DNA from: Candidatus Cryptobacteroides sp. | GTDB taxonomy: Bacteria > Bacteroidota > Bacteroidia > Bacteroidales > UBA932 | Assembly: GCA_029257745.1 (NCBI GenBank) | Contig: JARIAS010000075.1 | Coordinates: 4,165-68,164, forward strand | Direction: 5' to 3' | DNA: 64,000 nucleotides | Part shown: positions 61,270-64,000 of the stretch, one piece after another | How the letters are laid out: every line of letters starts with the position of its first letter | How positions within the stretch are numbered: the first letter of the stretch is position 1 | Translations under genes and position numbers: made by a program | Notes under the pieces: model-generated | Told to the model about the DNA's origin: nothing | The model's input: the letters and a program-made list of their open reading frames with translations, nothing else | The model's database searches: none

Positions 61270-62427
61270 ATGGAAGATATAGACAAAGCCGCACTTATTG
61301 CCTTAAATAAAATCTTTGGATTTAATCCAAAAATTGCACATATCCTTTTGGATAGAAGTCATAAAGCCAGGGATATATTCTATACAGAGAGCAAATACTA
61401 CAAGACTATTGGCTTAGAGGAAAAATATATTAAACAACTCTCTGAAAACAGCTTAGATAATGCTTATAAAGAACTTGAATATCTAAATGACAGAGGAGAA
61501 GATTTTATATCATTATTAAGTCCATATTATCCTAAGCCCCTTAAAGAATGCCCAGATGCACCAATTGGCCTATATAGCTCATCTCAAGACATTGATAACA
61601 TATTTAATCCTAGTACAACTTATATAGCAATAGTCGGAAGTAGAGACTCAAGTAATTATGGAAGAAGTGTTTGTTTCAATCTAATCAAAGCTATTGCAGA
61701 TAGTCATCCCAACACATGTATAATCAGTGGTTTAGCCCTAGGTATAGATAGCATTGCACATAGGAGTGCCTTAGAGAATAATCTTTCCACTCTTGCTGTT
61801 ATGGCAACAGGACTAAACCTAATATATCCTTCTGAACATCAACTACTTGCAAAAGAAATAAAAGAAAGGAAAAATTCTGCATTAATAACTGATTACCCAC
61901 TTGACACTCAGGCTAGACCTATTAATTTTGTTAGAAGGAATCGAATTATAGCAGGACTTTGCTCCATCTGTATAGTTATCGAGTCAAAAATTAAAGGAGG
62001 AAGCTTAATTACAGCAAGACTTGCCAATTCTTATAACAGAAATATATATGCCCTACCTGCAAGAATTACAGACCACAAATCTGCAGGTTGCAATAAACTC
62101 ATAAAAGAGAATCTAGCTATACCACTAAATAGTATAGAAGAATTTATTGAAGAGCAAAACTGGTTCATGCCTAATAAAAGTAAAGAAGATATATGTCAAA
62201 ACATTTATAAACAATATTCTAACAAGTTATTAGATAAAGATTTATCACTTTTAATACAAATATTTAATCTAATACAATCTGAGCAGGAAATAAATATGAA
62301 TGATATATGTAAAATTCTTAATTATGAATATCCAATAGTGAGCACACTTTGCAATCTTCTTGAAAGTGATGATTATATAAGTATAGACTTAATGCAAAAC
62401 TGCTATATTGATAAAAAATTTAACTAG
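61270..62427 (+). CDS. dprA: DNA-processing protein DprA (Smf)
   Basis: IAIVGSRDSSNYG, SGLALGIDSIAHRSAL, FVRRNRIIAGL, GGSLITARLA. ATG at 61270 preferred over the TTG at 61246. Confidence 0.88.
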   Translation: MEDIDKAALIALNKIFGFNPKIAHILLDRSHKARDIFYTESKYYKTIGLEEKYIKQLSENSLDNAYKELEYLNDRGEDFISLLSPYYPKPLKECPDAPIGLYSSSQDIDNIFNPSTTYIAIVGSRDSSNYGRSVCFNLIKAIADSHPNTCIISGLALGIDSIAHRSALENNLSTLAVMATGLNLIYPSEHQLLAKEIKERKNSALITDYPLDTQARPINFVRRNRIIAGLCSICIVIESKIKGGSLITARLANSYNRNIYALPARITDHKSAGCNKLIKENLAIPLNSIEEFIEEQNWFMPNKSKEDICQNIYKQYSNKLLDKDLSLLIQIFNLIQSEQEINMNDICKILNYEYPIVSTLCNLLESDDYISIDLMQNCYIDKKFN

Positions 62428-62472
62428 CTTTGCCATATATTTTACTAAACACATCTTATAATACTCTATAAT

Positions 62473-63240
62473 ATGTATTTTATTGACACTCATACACACC
62501 TATATGATAAGCAGTTTGATGAAGATATAGATGAGGTTATACAAAAAGCCTTACAGGCATCTGTAAAAAAAATGCTTTTGCCGGATATTGACAGCCAAGA
62601 GAGGGCTAAGCTTTTTAGCCTAAGGGAAAAATACCCTTCTATACTTTTCCCTATGCTAGGTCTATACCCTGTATCTGTAAAAGACAACTGGGAGGACGAG
62701 TTGTCATTAATGTACGAATATATAGATAGAGATATTGTTGCGATTGGAGAAATAGGTCTAGACTACTATTACTCTAAAGAAAATGCTGGGCTACAGAAAA
62801 AAGCCTTAATAGTACAATTGGAACTTGCCAGCAAGCATAATCTTCCCGTAAATATACATTTACGAGATGCAAGTGAAGACTTTGTAAAAGTCATAAAAGA
62901 GAATAAACATTTAGGGATAAGAGGCAATCTACACGCCTTTAGTACCAGCTACGAAACTTGGAAAGAATTACAAAAATATGCAGATTTCTCTGTGGGTATA
63001 GGTGGTGTAGTGACTTTTAAAAACTCTAGACTAGGAGAAACTGTTTCAAAAATACCTTTAGATAAGATATTATTAGAAACAGATTCGCCATACCTTACAC
63101 CACACCCTTATAGGGGAAAAAGAAATGACAGTTCTTATATACCTATAATTGCTGAAAAGATAGCAGATATTAAACAAATCAGCATAGAAGAATTAGCACA
63201 TATTACAAGCAACAACGCTGAAAAATTATTTAAATTATAG
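62473..63240 (+). CDS. TatD-family metal-dependent hydrolase/DNase
   Basis: FIDTHTHL, GEIGLDYYY, NIHLRDA, HAFS, ETDSPYLTP. Confidence 0.88.
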   Translation: MYFIDTHTHLYDKQFDEDIDEVIQKALQASVKKMLLPDIDSQERAKLFSLREKYPSILFPMLGLYPVSVKDNWEDELSLMYEYIDRDIVAIGEIGLDYYYSKENAGLQKKALIVQLELASKHNLPVNIHLRDASEDFVKVIKENKHLGIRGNLHAFSTSYETWKELQKYADFSVGIGGVVTFKNSRLGETVSKIPLDKILLETDSPYLTPHPYRGKRNDSSYIPIIAEKIADIKQISIEELAHITSNNAEKLFKL

Positions 63241-63255
63241 CATAACAAAATATTT

Positions 63256-64000
63256 ATGACAAAGTCATCACTACTACTCATATATACAGGTGGAACAATA
63301 GGTATGAAACATGATGCCGAAGAGCAGACCCTAAAGCCTTTTGATTTCAGACAAATACTAGAAGAAGTCCCAGAGTTATTAAAATTTGCCTTAAAAGTAG
63401 ATACTTATACTTTCGACCCACTTATTGACTCATCTGACATTGAAGCTAAACATTGGATAGAGCTTGCTCAATTATTGAAAGAAAAATATGATCAATATGA
63501 TGGCTTTATCATTTTACATGGCACTGATACTATGGCTTATACTGCCTCTGCCCTAAGTTTTATGCTAGACGGCTTGAGCAAACCTGTTATTTTAACAGGC
63601 AGTCAGCTACCTATTGGTGTAGCGAGAACAGATGGTAAGGAGAATCTCATCTCATCAGTAGAAATTGCATCTGCTAAAGACAATGACGGTCACCCACTTG
63701 TACCTGAAGTTTGCATCTATTTTGATTCACTATTAATGAGAGGTAACCGTTGCATAAAGGTTAATGCTGACATCTTTGCAGCCTTCCAATCACCTAATTT
63801 TCCCCCTCTTGCAAAGGCGGGGATAAATATTAAATACTATGAGGAGTATATAAGAAAGCCACTTGATTGGTACCAAAGCCTATCTATAAACACAAAGCTT
63901 GATACAAGAGTGGGCATATTGAAAATCCATCCAGGTATAACAAAAGAAGCAGTAAAATATTTTCTAGAGATATCTCACCACAGGGCCATAATCTTAGAAA
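63256..64000 (+). CDS. ansA: L-asparaginase type I (cytoplasmic), 5' portion. It continues beyond the window end.
   Basis: Own translation: MTKSSLLLIYTGGTIGMKHD... (catalytic TGGTIGM), ILHGTDTMAYTASALSF, VILTGSQLPIG. Confidence 0.85.
   Translation, partial: MTKSSLLLIYTGGTIGMKHDAEEQTLKPFDFRQILEEVPELLKFALKVDTYTFDPLIDSSDIEAKHWIELAQLLKEKYDQYDGFIILHGTDTMAYTASALSFMLDGLSKPVILTGSQLPIGVARTDGKENLISSVEIASAKDNDGHPLVPEVCIYFDSLLMRGNRCIKVNADIFAAFQSPNFPPLAKAGINIKYYEEYIRKPLDWYQSLSINTKLDTRVGILKIHPGITKEAVKYFLEISHHRAIILE

Noticed and set aside
59365-61270. Replication origin near rsmG (gidB) and rpmH, genes that flank oriC in many bacteria
   Set aside because: I found no cluster of DnaA boxes (TTATCCACA or its complement) in the adjacent intergenic regions. 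No dnaA, dnaN or rnpA gene is nearby. Isolated 8/9 matches elsewhere (around 15566, 18263 and 22792) lie inside coding sequence and look random.

Overview
This is an AT-rich chromosomal segment, roughly two-thirds A+T by eye. I attribute it to a Bacteroidota (Bacteroidales-like) genome on four grounds: a SusC/RagA-type receptor; repeated TAnnTTTG -7 promoter motifs in front of many genes; lineage-typical families (FISUMP lipoprotein, DUF4290, DUF4199, DUF4625-like lipoproteins, HU-CCDC81-type protein); and an AddAB-like helicase-nuclease pair. All family assignments rest on motif recognition from memory, because no database search was possible.

The content is overwhelmingly housekeeping:
- DNA repair, replication and recombination: uvrA, polA, rmuC, dprA, ftsK, AddAB-like pair
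- Chaperones: clpB, groES-groEL
- Translation: trpS, tyrS, rbfA, rpmH, rsmG, mnmA, tRNA-Asn, SRP RNA
- Metabolism: pyk, ackA-pta, folE, cdd, sod, ansA

I see no transposase, integrase, phage gene, CRISPR array, toxin-antitoxin pair or recognisable defence island. I therefore cannot support a claim of a novel multi-gene system here.

Observations worth a second look:
1. A G7 homopolymer puts the signal peptide of a SusC-like receptor out of frame with its body.
2. A single in-frame TAG splits ftsK.
3. clpB and groES share an upstream dyad motif (ATATGAC-N3-TTGTC), and both lack the canonical -7 box.
4. ClpB has no N-terminal domain.
5. A TonB-dependent receptor operon carries His-rich DUF4625-like lipoproteins and has no known substrate.
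6. The 8-mer GGCTGGAA/TTCCAGCC recurs as the stem of three terminators.
7. A 147-bp in-frame tandem repeat lies in an HU-like membrane protein.
8. MnmA carries an insertion of about 100 aa.
9. The PolA 3'-5' exonuclease domain appears to lack its catalytic motifs.

Start codons are my best guesses. Several ORF-track starts are TTG or GTG, and I moved them to a nearby ATG.
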